NCBI GenBank assembly: GCA_002269645.1
Contig: NIVC01000137.1
Coordinates: 625,177-689,176 of the forward strand
Direction of reading: 5' to 3'
Origin: Macrostomum lignano
Taxonomy: Eukaryota
Length of the DNA: 64,000 nt
Shown here one piece after another: positions 1 through 17,359 of this stretch. The notes beneath the pieces were generated by a model. It was not told where the DNA came from. It did no database searches and was given only the letters and a program-made list of their open reading frames with translations. How positions within the stretch are numbered: the first letter of the stretch is position 1; the number at the start of each line of letters is the position of its first letter. Made by a program: the position numbers and the translations under genes.

Positions 1-904
1 TTTGACGTCGTTCATCGGGGAGCGTTCAGTTTTGCAAAGGTTCGATTTGCTTCGAGCTCCGACGCCCGAGTTTGTGCAAGCGCCTCGCACAGACAACAAT
101 ATAGTAAGTAGGCTTACTGGCAAGGAGAGAGTCAGTTTTTTTCTAGCTTTCATAGAAAAGTTGATTACGTCACAACTAGGGGATTCGAGATCTCGAAGGG
201 ATGAGAATGGCATGAGGGTGGATTGAAGGCACGGCGAGAGATGATGGAGTCGAGGATGCGCGATGAGGACTGTTGGTTAGCAGAGAAGGTGTAGCCAACT
301 AGCTGGATTGGAATAGGCTGAGGATTTCGCTAGAAATTGATTCAACTGGGAGAGGAGAGAGTGGAGACAGCGAGGGAGACGGTCGGGGGTCTCCCCTGGA
401 AGACTGCCAAATCAATGCACGGCCTACGCATGAAAGGTCTGGCTCATCTACTCTCTCTTCTGCTTTTAAGCAAAAATATATATACAGATATGAAAGCGAT
501 GATGGCTGCCCGAAAGAAAATATACGCTTCTTTTTCCTGCTTGCTTATTATTGAGTAGCGAAAGAAGACTCTCTGGAGGGCGGGCGTGAATCGATGAGTT
601 TCTTGGCGGCCGCTCGAGGATGGGGGGTAGGAGAAAATGGGATATTGGCTAGCGGTGGTAATTACTGGGGAGTGATAGTGAGAGGGGGGTTGCCAATCTA
701 TAGAAGAGAATGAGAGATTGAAGAAATGCTAATGAGAAGGTGGGCAGGCGATATAGAGGTGTATGAGACAATAGTAAGTTGGTAACTCCACGCGCTTTTT
801 TTGATTCAAGCCCAAGGCATAGCAGATATTTGTCACGTTTCTAAAATTGTTTCGCACTATGTATTGCTTGCTTCAGCAAAGGTTGTAAAAAATTTTTTGG
901 GAGA

Positions 905-1925
905 AAGTAGTAGAAAGAGAGGAAAAGTAGAGAAGTAGCTCGGAAGGTAGGTAGAGAAGTAGCTAGCTAGGGAGATGAAGAGGTAGCCAGGAAGGTAGGT
1001 AGATCAAGTAGCTAGGAAAGGTAGGTAGAGAAGTAGCTAGGGAAGTTAGAGAAGTAGCTAGGAAAGGTAGGTAGAGAAGTAGCCAGCTAGGGAGATGAAG
1101 AGGTAGCTAGGAATGGTAGGTAGAGAAGTAGCTAGGGAAGTTAGAGAAGTAGCTAGGAAAGGTAGGTAGAGAAGTAGTTAGGGAAGTTAGAGAAATAGCT
1201 AGGAAGGTAGGTAGAGAAGTAGCTAGGAAAGGTAGTTAGAGAAGTAGTTAGGGAAGTTAGAGAAGTAGCTAGGAAGGTAGGTAGAGAAGTAGCTAAGTAG
1301 GTAGGTAGAGAAGTAGCTAGCTAGGGAGATGAAGAGGTAGCTAGGAAGGTAGGTAGATCAAGTAGCTAGGAAAGGTAGGTAGAGAAGTAGCTAGCTAGGG
1401 AGATGAAGAGGTAGCTAGGAATGGTAGGTAGAGAAGTAGCTAGGAAAGGTAGGTAGAGAAGTAGCTAGGGAAGTTAGAGAAGTAGCTAGGAAAGGTAGGT
1501 AGAGAAGTAGTTAGGGAAGTTAGAGAAATAGCTAGGAAGGTAGGTAGAGAAGTAGCTAGGAAAGGTAGTTAGAGAAGTATTTTGGAAGTTAGAGAAGTAG
1601 CTAGGAAGGTAGGTAGAGAAGTAGCTAAGTAGGTAGGTAGAGAAGTAGCTAGCTAGGGAGATGAAGAGGTAGCTAGGAAGGTAGGTAGATCAAGTAGCTA
1701 GGAAAGGTAAGTAGAGAAGTAGCTAGGAAAGGTAGGTAGAGAAGTAGCTAGGGAAGTTAGAGAAGTAGCTAGGATAGGTAGGTAGAGAAGTAGCTAGGGA
1801 GATGAAGAGGTAGCTAGGAATGGTAGGTAGAGAAGTAGCTAGGAAAGGTAGTTAGAGAAGTAGTTAGGGAAGTTAGAAAAGTAGCTAGGGAAGGTAGGTA
1901 GAGAAGTAGCTAGGGAAGGGAGATA
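905..1925. repeat. Purine-rich degenerate satellite (variants of GAAGGTAGGTAGAGAAGTAGCTAG, about 24-bp units)
   Basis: About 1 kb of tandem variants; the + strand is almost all A/G apart from the TAGCT/GGTA cores. Confidence 0.95.
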
Positions 1926-3616
1926 GACTAAGAATTCAGAAGGTAGACAGAGGGAGATGCAGAAGACAGTGAGGTTATTAATAGGGTAGAGAATGAGACT
2001 AGTGGGAACACGGAAGTAGAGACGTGCGGAGACTAACCATTTAAATTGGCTTTGTAGCAACTGAGCATAAAAGACTTATTCGGAAGAGCACACAGCGTAA
2101 ATAGAGTGACTGCGGCTCTAAGGTTTGACGCTATTCAGCACACAAGCACTTAGTCAGGCGAGCGCTGGGTGCTCAGGTTAGAGTAGACCCTGGCGCATGC
2201 AGAGTCGGAAGCTCCTCTCCAAAGGATGGGAGGCAAAACTTCCGCTTGAGAAACGCTGCAGAAAAGGCATTGTTGGGAGGTTTTTTAGGAGGGTCAACTT
2301 AAAAAAATCGACCAACCCCGACCGCAGGCTTAGAAATGGTCTTTCACGGTCAAGTAGCTCAGGGACCGTCTTTCTCTCCGGCGCACGGCATGCCCCAGCT
2401 GTTCAACGTTTCAAAGATGTACCGGCATTCTCAGGGAGGGGTCTGGGAGCATTCAGAACCCGGTGCACCAACGGACGACCGCCTCGGAGAGTCCTCAAAC
2501 GCTCCCCCCCCCCACCCGAGTCCCGGCTTCACCCGAAACTGAGGTTACAATTTTGAGTCAGGTGAACCGTAAAGGACTGGCAAGTATACAGAGGAGGGAA
2601 ATGGTTTTTTCAATACGGCAGCAAAAAATCGCACAATTTTTGAAGGACACACATCAGCCTCCGCTGCGCGCGATGCAGTAAGGGAAGAAAAGAATAATCG
2701 AGACTGGGAGAAAAAAACTACCTCCAGAACCAGATTTAGGCGGCAGTAGAGCCCAGCTCAAATGAGACGCCGCGTCCATCAGGACCCCCCACTCCCCCAC
2801 AGAAAAAGAAGTTGCTCCCCTCAACCGCTCCAAGTCAGCGGGGGGGGGGTCGCTCGCTTCCTGCCTGCACAGCTTGATGGACTGAATTAGCTGTCCTTCA
2901 ATCACGAAAAACTTCCAGTTGCATTTCATTGTTCAATAATTCTTTATTCTGAATTTCTTTGGGGGTCTTAATTAATTAATCAGAGGGTACTTTATTAGAG
3001 CTTTAAAAATTATGAGTAGTTAGATGCGGTTGATCTACTTTTTTGGACTGTCCTTTCCATGATCTCACCTGACCTGTTCTCAAACTTTGAGTCGTTTATT
3101 TGATTTCACATTAACTCCCGAAAAACTTTCAAAACTTTGCAGCATCTGTACAGGCCCTACCCAGAGATGTCGCAGCATCACAGGTCGGACTACCTGGCCA
3201 TGGAGCACGTCACCCTCACCTGCGGCAGAGGTGGAATCGGCGGTCACAATACTTTCATGCGAGGCCCAGCGGTGCAGACTCCAATGAAGATGACCTGTCA
3301 AACGTCTCCGAGGGTGAGACTTTAATAGATATCCTGTGCAGTCCTCTAGAGCTAATGCTTCACCCGTAATAGTACCTCAGATAATAGCTCTTAGCTCCGT
3401 GCACGCTCATCCCTTGAGTCGATCCCCCAAACCCCAGGGCAGCGGCCAACTCCTGAAAAAATCAATTTCGATCTTTTTTCCGCGCCGACTCCCAGGGATT
3501 CTTCTTTCTTCTTCGAAAGCAGGGATGGTGAACTTAAAGAAGAATCTTTGGCAGTTAAAGGCCGACTAATGGGACGAATCGGGATGCATGAAAGCAGGCA
3601 GGCAATGCGAGAGAAA

Positions 3617-3619
<3 letters not shown>

Positions 3620-3655
<36 letters not shown>
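3620..3655. repeat. (CT)n microsatellite
   Basis: About 18 CT units read directly. Confidence 0.95.
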
Positions 3656-3658
<3 letters not shown>

Positions 3659-6600
3659 GTTAATGACAGGAAAAAAAGTTTTGAAAATTGCTTCAGGCCA
3701 TGAGCGAATCGCAATTTTTACTTTCCTTCATTTAATTTCACCGAGGCGAAAGCAGCCGAGGAAACGACAGAGACTAGCTGCCAGATAAGCCCCATTGATT
3801 TATGGGCGAAGTTGCTTCAGTTCTGTGCTAAGATACCGTTAAAAACTTTCCACTCCTTAAAGAAGAGTTCACCCTACTCGCAGGAATTGAATTTGATAGC
3901 ATTGAAGTGGTTTTGAGTCCCGCTTGGGAACTTGCGACTTTCTCTGCTCTCAATTTTCTGTTAGTTAATAGTTAAAAATAAATAAGGGTGGAGCAGATCA
4001 AAGTTGGCATTGGCCTGCCTTCTCAAGGGGGCTAACGATCAATGACTCATTCGGGTCTCAGTCTTGCAGCGAAAGAGAGACCTGCTGGAAGGAATACTTT
4101 AATTCCACTCTAGTGTGTTTTTCTTTACTCTCTTGAGCTTTAGTGGGATGCTGACGCTGCTTCCATGAGCATTAGTAGAGGCCGCCCTCCAGCCAAAACA
4201 CACAGAGAACAAGTTCTCATTGTTGAGATTGCCTTAAGCATCCTTGCACAAGATTGTGAGTCTTCCTCAACCCTCCACCTATACCGTGTGGCAACGGAGA
4301 GACTGAGAGACTTTTTGTTTCTCAACTAACCGGACAGCGATTCAAGTTCTGCCGGAAGACCGAGGCCTTTTACCCCAAATAATGGCATATAACAGGACTC
4401 ATTTTAAGTATGTTTAAACACCCCAGGGGGGTGGGTCGGGTTACCAAGTCTGGGTTTGGCATGTATATCGCTGAGTGTGGGCGGTGCCGACTCAGCACTC
4501 ACAAGTGGATTATTAGTCGCTAAGTCAGTCAGAAACCGCTTTACTTTGCGGGCAGGGGGGCTCTCTACAACAGTTTCTATTCAATTTCACTTACTACTAT
4601 GAGCGTATGAGTCGGCGTGACTCGTGCTCCAAGAAGCTCGACACAAAACTCTCTCGCCAGCCCTTATCAGCCGCATTGATCCGTCTCGCATAGGAGATTT
4701 TAATTGGACAGAAGGTCAAAAGACTGAAACTGAAACGGTTCTGAGCCGACAGAACGATGGCTGAATGGGCAGACAGAAATGGATGAAGGGAGCGATTGCA
4801 AGAGCTCGAGAAAGAGAATTTGCTTTTCGCGTTTTTCTGGTGGTTAAGCTGGTCGGATCAGGGCCCGGGTGGGGGTCCCTTGGCTAATTGTGGATGACGC
4901 AATCAGTGAGGGGGAGTTGCAGCTCTCGCTTTGTCTGTGTGCGTGAGCCAAGATTTCGTCGCCTCCAGCATGCAGGCCGGACTGTGATTGCTGTGTGTGC
5001 AGCTGCTTCGTTGAGAAACCGCCTTTTCTAGTTTCTTCCTTTTTCCCTTCTTCTTTCCACTAATTTCCTCTTTCTCAAGACGGTTGGAACGTTCGGTTCA
5101 GTTGGTTTTGACTCCCTCCCCTCAGTAGCGTGCTGAAAGTTAAATTCGGGTGGGATTTATCTCTGGTTATTGCGAAATCTGCTTTAGTCACACTGCATAT
5201 GCACGAAGTTGCAATCAAGCTCGGGATTGAGAAGACATTGGTTATTAGCTGGCAAATTGCATTGGAGGATTATAAAGTGGCTGGTTAGGGTTGATACTAT
5301 TTTAGATACTCGCTTACTTACTAAGAACAATTCGTGGTAAGAGTGACGCAGTCCAAAATCCCTATTAATTTATGCTGACTCGCATTGTAAACTATGCGAA
5401 TCCGCCTTTCACTCAGCAATGGCACCCTTCCCCCCCCGCGCTATATCGATCACCACTGCAGTGCTTTGGCCCGCATTTGGTCAATCGGAAATTGATACAG
5501 GAGGGTCACCGTATAGAGGCGTCCTCTGCTGGCATTTCCCGCACCCTGTCTATCAATTCTGCGAGGCACAGGGGATCGGGGGGGGTGGCAATTCCCGACT
5601 TTTTGCAATTCAATCTGGCAACTACGCCCGACTCAGTGTATCCCTAAGCTGCACCCAGCAAGGGAATGTGAAACCCTACAGCTGGATGCAGTGCTCACCC
5701 CATGGCATTGATGACTTTCGATTGGCTTATTTTTTGTCTATCGCTGCTAAAATGGGAATGGCGCCGCCCAGATTTATCGCACCAACACTGAGGCGCCGGC
5801 AGTCTACGCAACTGACCAAATTAGAGCCATTGTTCCGCTGAAAGCGGCCAAATTAATTCGATTAGTGATAGAATTTCCCGAACCGCCAACTATTTTGCTC
5901 GGCATTTTTCGAAACGACAGGTGGCGCAAATTTGTCGCGATTGAAGCATTGAAGCACTCGCCTTCAATTTGCCTATTTGGAAGCTGCGCCTGATTAGGGG
6001 GATCCCACTGAGTTTGGCATCGTAGCAAAATGGGAGGCTGTGCTAATAGGTAGGCGTGGCTGCTCGTGTGGTTACGTGCGCGTGTGTACATGTAGTGATT
6101 GCAACAACTTTCTTCAATCTCGATTCGTCCTCATCCCCCGGGGGCAATTTCTAGATGTTTCTATAAGCTTCCTATCGCGAGGAACCCCCTGGGCCAACAC
6201 ATACCCCTCTATTCTTACTTACTATTGTATACAGCACAACCCCTGAAGGCTTTTCGGGCTTTCGCATATAAGAGAAGCAGATTTTAAGTGGTTGGTTTTC
6301 ATAGGTGAAGAAGAGAGAGGCTCCCCGTATAACAAAATTCTCCACAGCCTAAATGCAGAAGCAAAAGACAAAGGATGAAATTGTTGAGCGACAACATTTA
6401 CTTAGCGGGGATAAAAATCCATCACTTTCTTCTTAGTCTGAGTGGCGAAGGAAGGAAGAGTCTGATCATTGCTGGATCTGTTCCCACAAAAAAAACGCCA
6501 CCTGGAGGGAAGGCAAATAATATATGGGAGTGAAATTGGCACACACACTGCAGCAGGTAGGCAGCCTCTAAGCTTTCCATAGCACCTGCGCCGCTCGAGG

Positions 6601-7247
6601 CAATTAATCCCCGCGCAAGGATTGGAAAAACAGACACGGATGGAGGGGAGAGGCTGGGTGATGCTTCTCGCTTAGTCTCGACTTTTTTCCCATCAGTCAT
6701 GCCGCTTTCACCAAGACAAAAATTTATGAATGATTTTTTCTTTCCAATATTTCTAGCGGCAATTGTCAGAGAGGGAGAGGGAGAGGCCTTTAAGCTTTCT
6801 GCTTTCATCCTTTTAAAATTGATGCAGGCATTTCACCTCTGATCCCACATGTGGTAAGTCTGACTCTTTATCAGCTGAAAATTGCAATGAAAAACCTTGA
6901 AAAAAATTATTGATTTCAACAGCTACAGCTGCCCGGGGATTACTGGTTATGCTGGTTGACAAAAAACCTAGCAAAAATAAATTTAAACTCTGTTAAGCCC
7001 GGCTACGCAGTCACGGAATAGTCCAGGGCTAGCGCACCTCCTGTCAACAAAGCATATTTTTATCAAGATTTTTGCCTGTGGCCTGTGGGTGATAAATAAA
7101 CTGACCAAAACTTTTCTCAAATGTTTATCTAGTGAGGAAAGGCGGCAGGAAGTTTCATAGTGTGTGAATGAAAATTAAAAACTATATAGTCAACTTTAAC
7201 ACTCAAATGAGGCAGAAATAGGCTGGTCGTTTTGTTTAATTACTCCC

Positions 7248-7377
7248 TGACTCAGAGAGCTTCGAGCCCGGATCCGGTGAGCAGGGGAGGAGACATCATA
7301 GCCAGATGACAGTCCCAGGAAGGAAGTTCCGTGGCCAACTGACGTCAGAGCGCCCCAAAGGGTGGGGGACTTTCCCC
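7248..7377. promoter_or_regulatory. Cluster of consensus TF motifs (AP-1, ETS-like, CRE, kB-like)
   Basis: TGACTCA 7248-7254, GGAAGGAAGTTCC around 7318-7330, TGACGTCA 7340-7347, GGGGACTTTCCCC 7365-7377; motif match only, no functional evidence. Confidence 0.3.
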
Positions 7378-10300
7378 TAGGGGTGTTATTCTCGAGTCAA
7401 CACATAATCCTGTGTATCATGGCTAGTCATAACTGCGCAAATAGCCGATCTGTCAGGATCGATCTATTGGCTATTTGCTTAACCAACATTGGGGAGAATT
7501 TTCTATGATTTTTCCTTACTTAATCTTCCCTCAATTTTAATCAAATTTTGGTAGAAAGATTTTTTATACCAGGTGAAATGGCGATATGATACATATTTTT
7601 AACTGATTTTCGAGTCCAGCAAGTCTCATGATGGTCAAGAGAAGTATAGCCTAAGACCTAAGATTTCAATCAACCGCTGGGAATCAAGCCAGCACAATCA
7701 GTAGCTCAGTTTCCTCACAATATTAATTGACCTGATAAGGTCAAGATGACACCTAAGAGATAAGAACTAAACGGAGCTTGGCGGAGATGAAAGTCGAGAA
7801 GCAATTAGCAGCTGAGCTAGTAAGCGAAACACTTAATGAGTAAAGAGGCACCATTGAAACGCGAGGGTCCTTGTGCATGTAGTTTCTCTCATTGCCATGC
7901 AACACAATTGGCAACAATTATAAGTAAAAACTGTCAATCACTGCAGCCTTTGTTGCGAAGCGAGCTTTTTTTGCTTAATTTAGTCCGTTGTTGCTTCTTG
8001 TCTGCTTTTTTGAATTTCCTATCCATTTTCTTGTGTTCTTAGTAATTCTAAAGACGGCCGAACAACATCTGCTTAGAGGCCTGTTTGAAATTTAAAGCAT
8101 CTCTAGGCGCAGTGCCCAGTGAGCTCAATCTCAGCTGTCTCATAATTTGCACAGGGCATGCTGAGCCCCGCCTTGTATGCAGCAACGAAGGTTTTTTCTT
8201 TGCCTTCGCGAACAAAATTGCGGGGTATTGAGCCGCGTTAGTCGTTCGTTCGCATGTTGTGGGAAAGTATAATTTCTTCTAGAAGAGCTCGCCGAAAAAT
8301 TGCGTCCAAGGGTCTTGTAATGCAATGTAATAGTTAGAGCTTGAGAAAATTACAACTGCATTTGGTCATCAAAGGCTTTGTATCGAGACAACCAGTTCAA
8401 AATGCTCCACGGCTCGTCTCTACTGTGTTTGTTGAATTTTGGGGGGGGGGGCAGAGTCGGTCTTTTATGGCCCGTAATTTCTTGCAGTGCTCTATGCAGA
8501 AATTATCCGATATTGAGAGACTCGCTTCCGACCAAGGTTCTAAGATCTGGCGGTATTATGGCTGATAGGAGGAGTAAGAGAGACAGAGACAAAACAAATT
8601 CTCAATTGAATTTGTCACCAACAGGCTCAATTGCCCACTTGAAAATGTGTTTACCCTGTGGCTGCATGACAAGCTTTTTCTCTGCCCTGCGAGTATATGC
8701 AGTTTGTTTAATTATTGAGAAAGCTGCACTGGAAGGTTGAAGCTGTAGACGGTTTTATAATTCTTAAAAAATGGAAATAATGTTGTTTATAATTTATTTT
8801 GATGCCCGTGTACGAGTACCTTTACGCTGGTAACCTAGAAAATTTAATGGGCGAATAGCAAATAACTTTACCAGACTCAAACTATCTCGAACTTTTTTTC
8901 ATTTCCTCATACTTCCCGACTTGGTTATAGTCAGTCCACATTAGCGTAGTGAACTGTTCACTATTTGTGATATCAGCCATCTGCTCCTGGCTTCTGTGTG
9001 AATCCGCAGCAATAACATAACATACGAGGTTTGAACGCATATTTTCCTAGCATTCTTTTCAATCCTGCACTGCTGCGATTCGGTATTTTGGTGCGCGCAG
9101 CATTTTTGCACGCCGCTAAGATGGACAATCAAGTGTCGCTGGGAGAACTAGAAAACCTGGGAACGGACAACTAACAGGAGTAGCAATCAGCAAGCCGCTT
9201 CAATTCCATTGCCTCTTTCACCTGAGGCTGCTGATGCCCGTTCCCCAAACCAACTTAGCAATTTACAGTTGTCAAAATGTTTGTCGGCAATTAACTGCTA
9301 AGACTGCCACGCGGCTGTTGTTGCATAATAAGCTCGTTGACTGTGGGGTGCCGCGACGGTCTTCTGTCTTCGCCATCCGACTTTCCACTTCCAGCAGGCA
9401 GTCTCTCTCTCGTTCGCAAAAATAAATCTTTCAAAAGGAGACCAGAGCCGGAGACCAGGGGAGAGTGCCAAGGGTGCAGATAGTGATCTCTGATTTGTCT
9501 GGCTGTGCCTGCTAACGGGTCAGTCCGTCTGCCTGGGGTCCCCAAACCCGAAAGCATCGTAAATTCTTTCCAAGCAAACGTGATACGGGCTGGTAGATCT
9601 TCGAGAAAATGGAGAAAATTGAACGGCCAGAGACGGAGACAGAAAGAGGGAAAGCGACAGTTGACCTAGCGACCAAACTTTGGGGTTTGTTAAAACAAAG
9701 GCTGGGCCCGACTTCCCATCACACCTCCTTGCGGATGGGAAGGCCCGAAACCCTTTCACCGCACGGGGGAGTTTTGAAACGCTTTGATGAATCTGGCCAG
9801 AATGCATTTGGGAAGAGTCGCGGGTCAACCATTCGAGACTGCATATTATTTGAAGTGTGAACTGGAATGGGGTTGTAATAGAGCGTCATGCCGTCATCGA
9901 AGGTGTGAATTTTTTCGGGGTCTCAGCTCTTCCCTTGGGAGTTGACTTTTCTGTGCGCAGTAGGCGGGCGGTGGCGGCGGCACCATTAATGTTTTTTCTC
10001 ATTCACTCCGACCGATGGGGGGTCGCGCTCTTCACCTTCCTCTATAGTGTTAGCTAGCGCTGGTCTTTGTTGCAGCCGCATTTGGGCATCTTCCGTAAAA
10101 AGTGTCTGAAATTCCGAAATGGGTTGCATTGTGCCCGAAATTAGTGACAAGGGCGCGAACAGACAGTGTATAAGGGCTATCCTCTAGTTGCCATGGAGGT
10201 TAAATTTGCCCCCACCTCACTGCAGTTCTATAGGAACCTTGCGTGCGAAGTTAATCGAAATTAAATTTTGGCTGACGGTAGCAATCCAGTTTAGAAAAAA

Positions 10301-10399
10301 CACGTTAACTTAGTTATTTTAATTAACCGCCATACGAGCTACAATGAAGTTTATAATTATGGACCGAATCAAAGCCGTGAAACTGCCACAAAATTGCAG

Positions 10400-10699
10400 A
10401 TTCACATGCAGACATCCTCATCATTGGGCGGTGGCGCCTCCAGCGGCGGCGGCGGCGGTGGCTCCGAAGTGACGGCAATCACCACAACCGGTGGCAGTTC
10501 CATTGCTGGTGGCGGCGCCGGCGCCACCCTCTGCCTGCACGAGCGCCGACACTCCGAGGAAGATGCCAGCGTTGACGATTCTGGACGCGGCGGCTCCATG
10601 GAGGATCTGCGACAGCAAAAACAACAACAGCAGCAGCAGCAGCATGCGGTGTTCAAACCAAAGCCCGCAGAATCCGCCGTTGGTGGGACAATGATCTAA
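10400..10699 (+). CDS. Candidate coding exon, low-complexity Gly/Ser-rich with polyQ; partner exons not identified
   Basis: Acceptor TTGCAG|ATT at 10399/10400; GC-rich island in AT-richer DNA; GGC and CAG codon runs; stop TAA at 10697-10699. Confidence 0.5.
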   Translation: MHMQTSSSLGGGASSGGGGGGSEVTAITTTGGSSIAGGGAGATLCLHERRHSEEDASVDDSGRGGSMEDLRQQKQQQQQQQHAVFKPKPAESAVGGTMI

Positions 10700-13280
10700 G
10701 CAAAGAACTGCACTTTGAAAACACATTACAGCTTCGACGGTGCATTTGCCGTAGTCTTGTCCGTTGCTTGTCGAAGATAGTACACTAAGATCTTGTGCTC
10801 AGAAGTTCATATAAACAGGCCAGTTTGTAAGCATTCGAGTTCTACCGAGTAAATGCGAGTCGATGACTCTTTCTGCGCCCTGTACATGTAAAAGTAACGT
10901 TTAAAGTCGTATTGTTGCATGTCCATATTTATACGCAAATCACTTACTGGATAGTACAGGTTACATTGGTTAGGAAATTACAATTATTATTGCCGTTTCT
11001 TTCCAACATTGTTCGTCCCCTAATTGACCCAATTTTTCAATTATGCGGTTATTGATTATTGTTCATAAAGTTATGTATAAAAAACAACAGACACTCAATC
11101 TCTGAACGGTGTATATAGAATTTGTAGTTGAGCGCGAACTTCGGCTTGATTTTATAGCAATAATTGTTTAGATGCTTTCTTGTTGTCAATGCTGCTGTTA
11201 GAGCGAAATTCAATGCACTGTTACAGGAAAATGAAATATTTTTTAAATTATGTTTTGCTAATAATTAATTGTTATCTCTAGTCAGTGCGCAGACACTGGA
11301 TCGAATAACGGAAAGTTTACCTTTATCAACGAATTTTAGTCATAATTGATTGATTAGTGCGTTAAATGCTAGCCTACAGAAACTCTGAGTGCAATATTAT
11401 TAATATACGGGTAACTTGCTGACTCACTATTGTTTCTTTTAGAAGAATACGTGACTCTGACAATTGCACTTGACAATTTAAATTTACTGTTAGATATTTT
11501 GTATAGCCTGTGTATAATTGTAACATACAGATGAATACAATTTTTATATTTGCAACATGCCGCATATGGCACAGCCGCTCTTATATATTGGTAGAAATAA
11601 AGCAAAGCACAACTGAAAGACACTTTCAAGGGAAAGTACATTTGTAGAATCCGCGTCGTTTTAAAAAAAGTAAAACTCTTCTATTCTCTGATTGTTTGAT
11701 TAAAAGGCGAGAAGAGCCATTGTGCCACAATATAGAAAGGATCTTATAGAAGACATTACACGGGCAAAGTTGCGCATGACACATACTTCAGTTTAATGCA
11801 GTGCAAGCCCCAATTCTAAATGGACTCAACAGGTTAAATAAAGTGATTGAGTGACGCCTGTCACAACTCAGTCACGCTATCGTGTCGACCACTTGACCGC
11901 ACTGTGAGCGCAAAAAAATCAGCAGCCTGCACCAACTGAGTAAACTGCGTGTTTCACGGAGCCAGCTTGAGACCTACAGCCACGAAAATAATCAGAGGAA
12001 TGCTGATGGCACGGGGGACCTTGTTGGGGTTTTTTTGACAAAGCAGAGCTCTCCGCTCAAACAACTGCACTTAAGCGCATTTGTAAAGAGATGTCTCAGC
12101 TAGTTAGGCACTACGTGATTCACAATGTTCCTTTGTAGAGTTACTGCAATATGTCATTAGTACGTTAAGTTTGTTCAGCAGATTTTTTTACAAATGAAAA
12201 TATGAGGTCGTTTTCATGTATGCACCTGGTGGGAAAACATATTTTAGACGAAGCTTTGAGAACACTGATCGAGATTAGAGGACGGAGTATTCTTGACCAG
12301 AGCATGGGATAGATATCCCCATGACAGCGGCCCGCACTAAAAGCATGTACAGCTGGGTCAATGAGACGACGGGAAAGTTTTTTGTTGATTTTCCTAATGC
12401 ATTTTGCCGGGTGAGCAACTCGCTTAGGACAGATTTTTTATAGTCAAGTGTTCCTCTCTATGTCCCTAAATTCCATTTTTTATATTTGCATCTGTACGCT
12501 TGTTAGCTTACTGACAAGTAGCGAGATAGCTCGTACGAATGAAACGATACTTAGCGCCAATATGGGGAAACTTATAAAAGAAGTTTCTCGAAGTAATGAC
12601 GTCTTTTGCAACCTTTAATCAGTCGCCCGCCGACCAACAAATTTTAAGAAGCTCCAAAGGTTCTATGATTATATATATGTCGTGCGTATGACTGTTAGGG
12701 TAGCTACACGCATCGCGAAATTGGCTACTTGCATCAGGATAAATAGAGTTTAGTCGAATATTTAGCTTACAACGAAAAACTAACAACTTACTAGTATAAG
12801 ACACTTGGATGTTATCGCGTGTAAAGCAAGAAGATGCTGAACAGGGCATAAAGTGCTTCCTTCGGGACGTTCTATACAAGCGATTCACATTTTCTGAACT
12901 CATATAATAGCCATAGTGTGTTCACCCTTAAGTAGGAAAAAGCTAGTTCGAAACCACCGTCGACGTGGCCTCCTGACTGGCATGACGCTCTCTCTCTCTT
13001 CTGGGATAGGCTAGCTCGCGAATTACACACAGCTACACAAAATTTTTTTTGCTATTTTTGTAGTTGAAAATTATAGTTAAAAATTATATTTCGATTACCG
13101 TCAATAGTAGACGGCTGAAAAGCTTATGTAAATCCAAGCCAATAGTAAGCTGACACTGTAAGAGACACGGTTTCAGATTGCAGAGATAAGCGGTATAATA
13201 TCAACTGAAATATAAGGCTGGTCGCTGGTAGGCCCACGGTAAGCCATTTGTTCAAGGCAGCTATTGAATATAATTCTAAA

Positions 13281-16526
<3,246 letters not shown>

Positions 16527-17359
16527 GCAGAATCGAAGCTCTTTCATGCGACTAAACAATAGCAATGAGTACTGTATGACTTTCCCTTGTTTGAATGCTA
16601 AAACGAATTCCAGCGATACTACTTATAGTAAAGTGTACCATACTTGGAATTTTTCTCACGAATCTGCGTAGTTTAGGTGCAGTGCTGTAAGAAGTAAATA
16701 TTTTCTAGACAACTTTTCCGCAATCCCGGGGGCATACTAATTAACTTTTTAACCTTGAGTGCATGGTAAGGTTAAGTTTTCAGAATAAAAATAAACAATA
16801 GAAATGTTTGACAACCAGGTACGAATTATTGGTTTGTAAAAGTAGCTCGTGCATAAATTTTCAAATTGTTTCAAGTGAAAAGTTGACTGGTCGATCAAAC
16901 ATGCGCGCTTATGCCAGTGTGCGGTTAAAGCACTGATGGTAGATTCAAATGCGCAGTTATTCAGGCAGCCATCCTTCCTCATAAAAAATTCTCAGAATTG
17001 GCAGCAATGATGAAGGAAATATGGAAGACATCCTCGTCAGTCGAAAACAGTTAGACCAACAGTGTCGGCTGCTGAAAGCAGGAGTAAGACGGAAATAATG
17101 AGCAAAAGCTTTTTTCGCAGCCAACAAGAATAGCTAATTAGAGCTGCAAACAATGGCCACCTGTTGCTGGGCCGCTTGTCTGTCTATTGGGAAGTTTGTA
17201 AAATTTTAATTGGGTAACAGTGACAGAGTCTTAGCTTTCACAATGCGCTAACGGTTTCCCAAGTCTTTTTAAAAAGCAAGTTTTCTGCCTGCAAGAGATT
17301 CTGCTAGCTTGATAGAACGTCGTGCCCCGAGAAGCGTCAACTAAAGCCAAACCAAGCCG

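Noticed and set aside
1-213. Minus-strand frame running off the window with a hydrophobic stretch (MKARKKLTLSLPVSLLTILLSVRGAC)
   Set aside because: Could be a signal peptide, but it is truncated by the window edge and has no supporting homology
5372-5841. 140-aa and 91-aa overlapping ORFs
   Set aside because: No recognisable motif, splice context or coding bias
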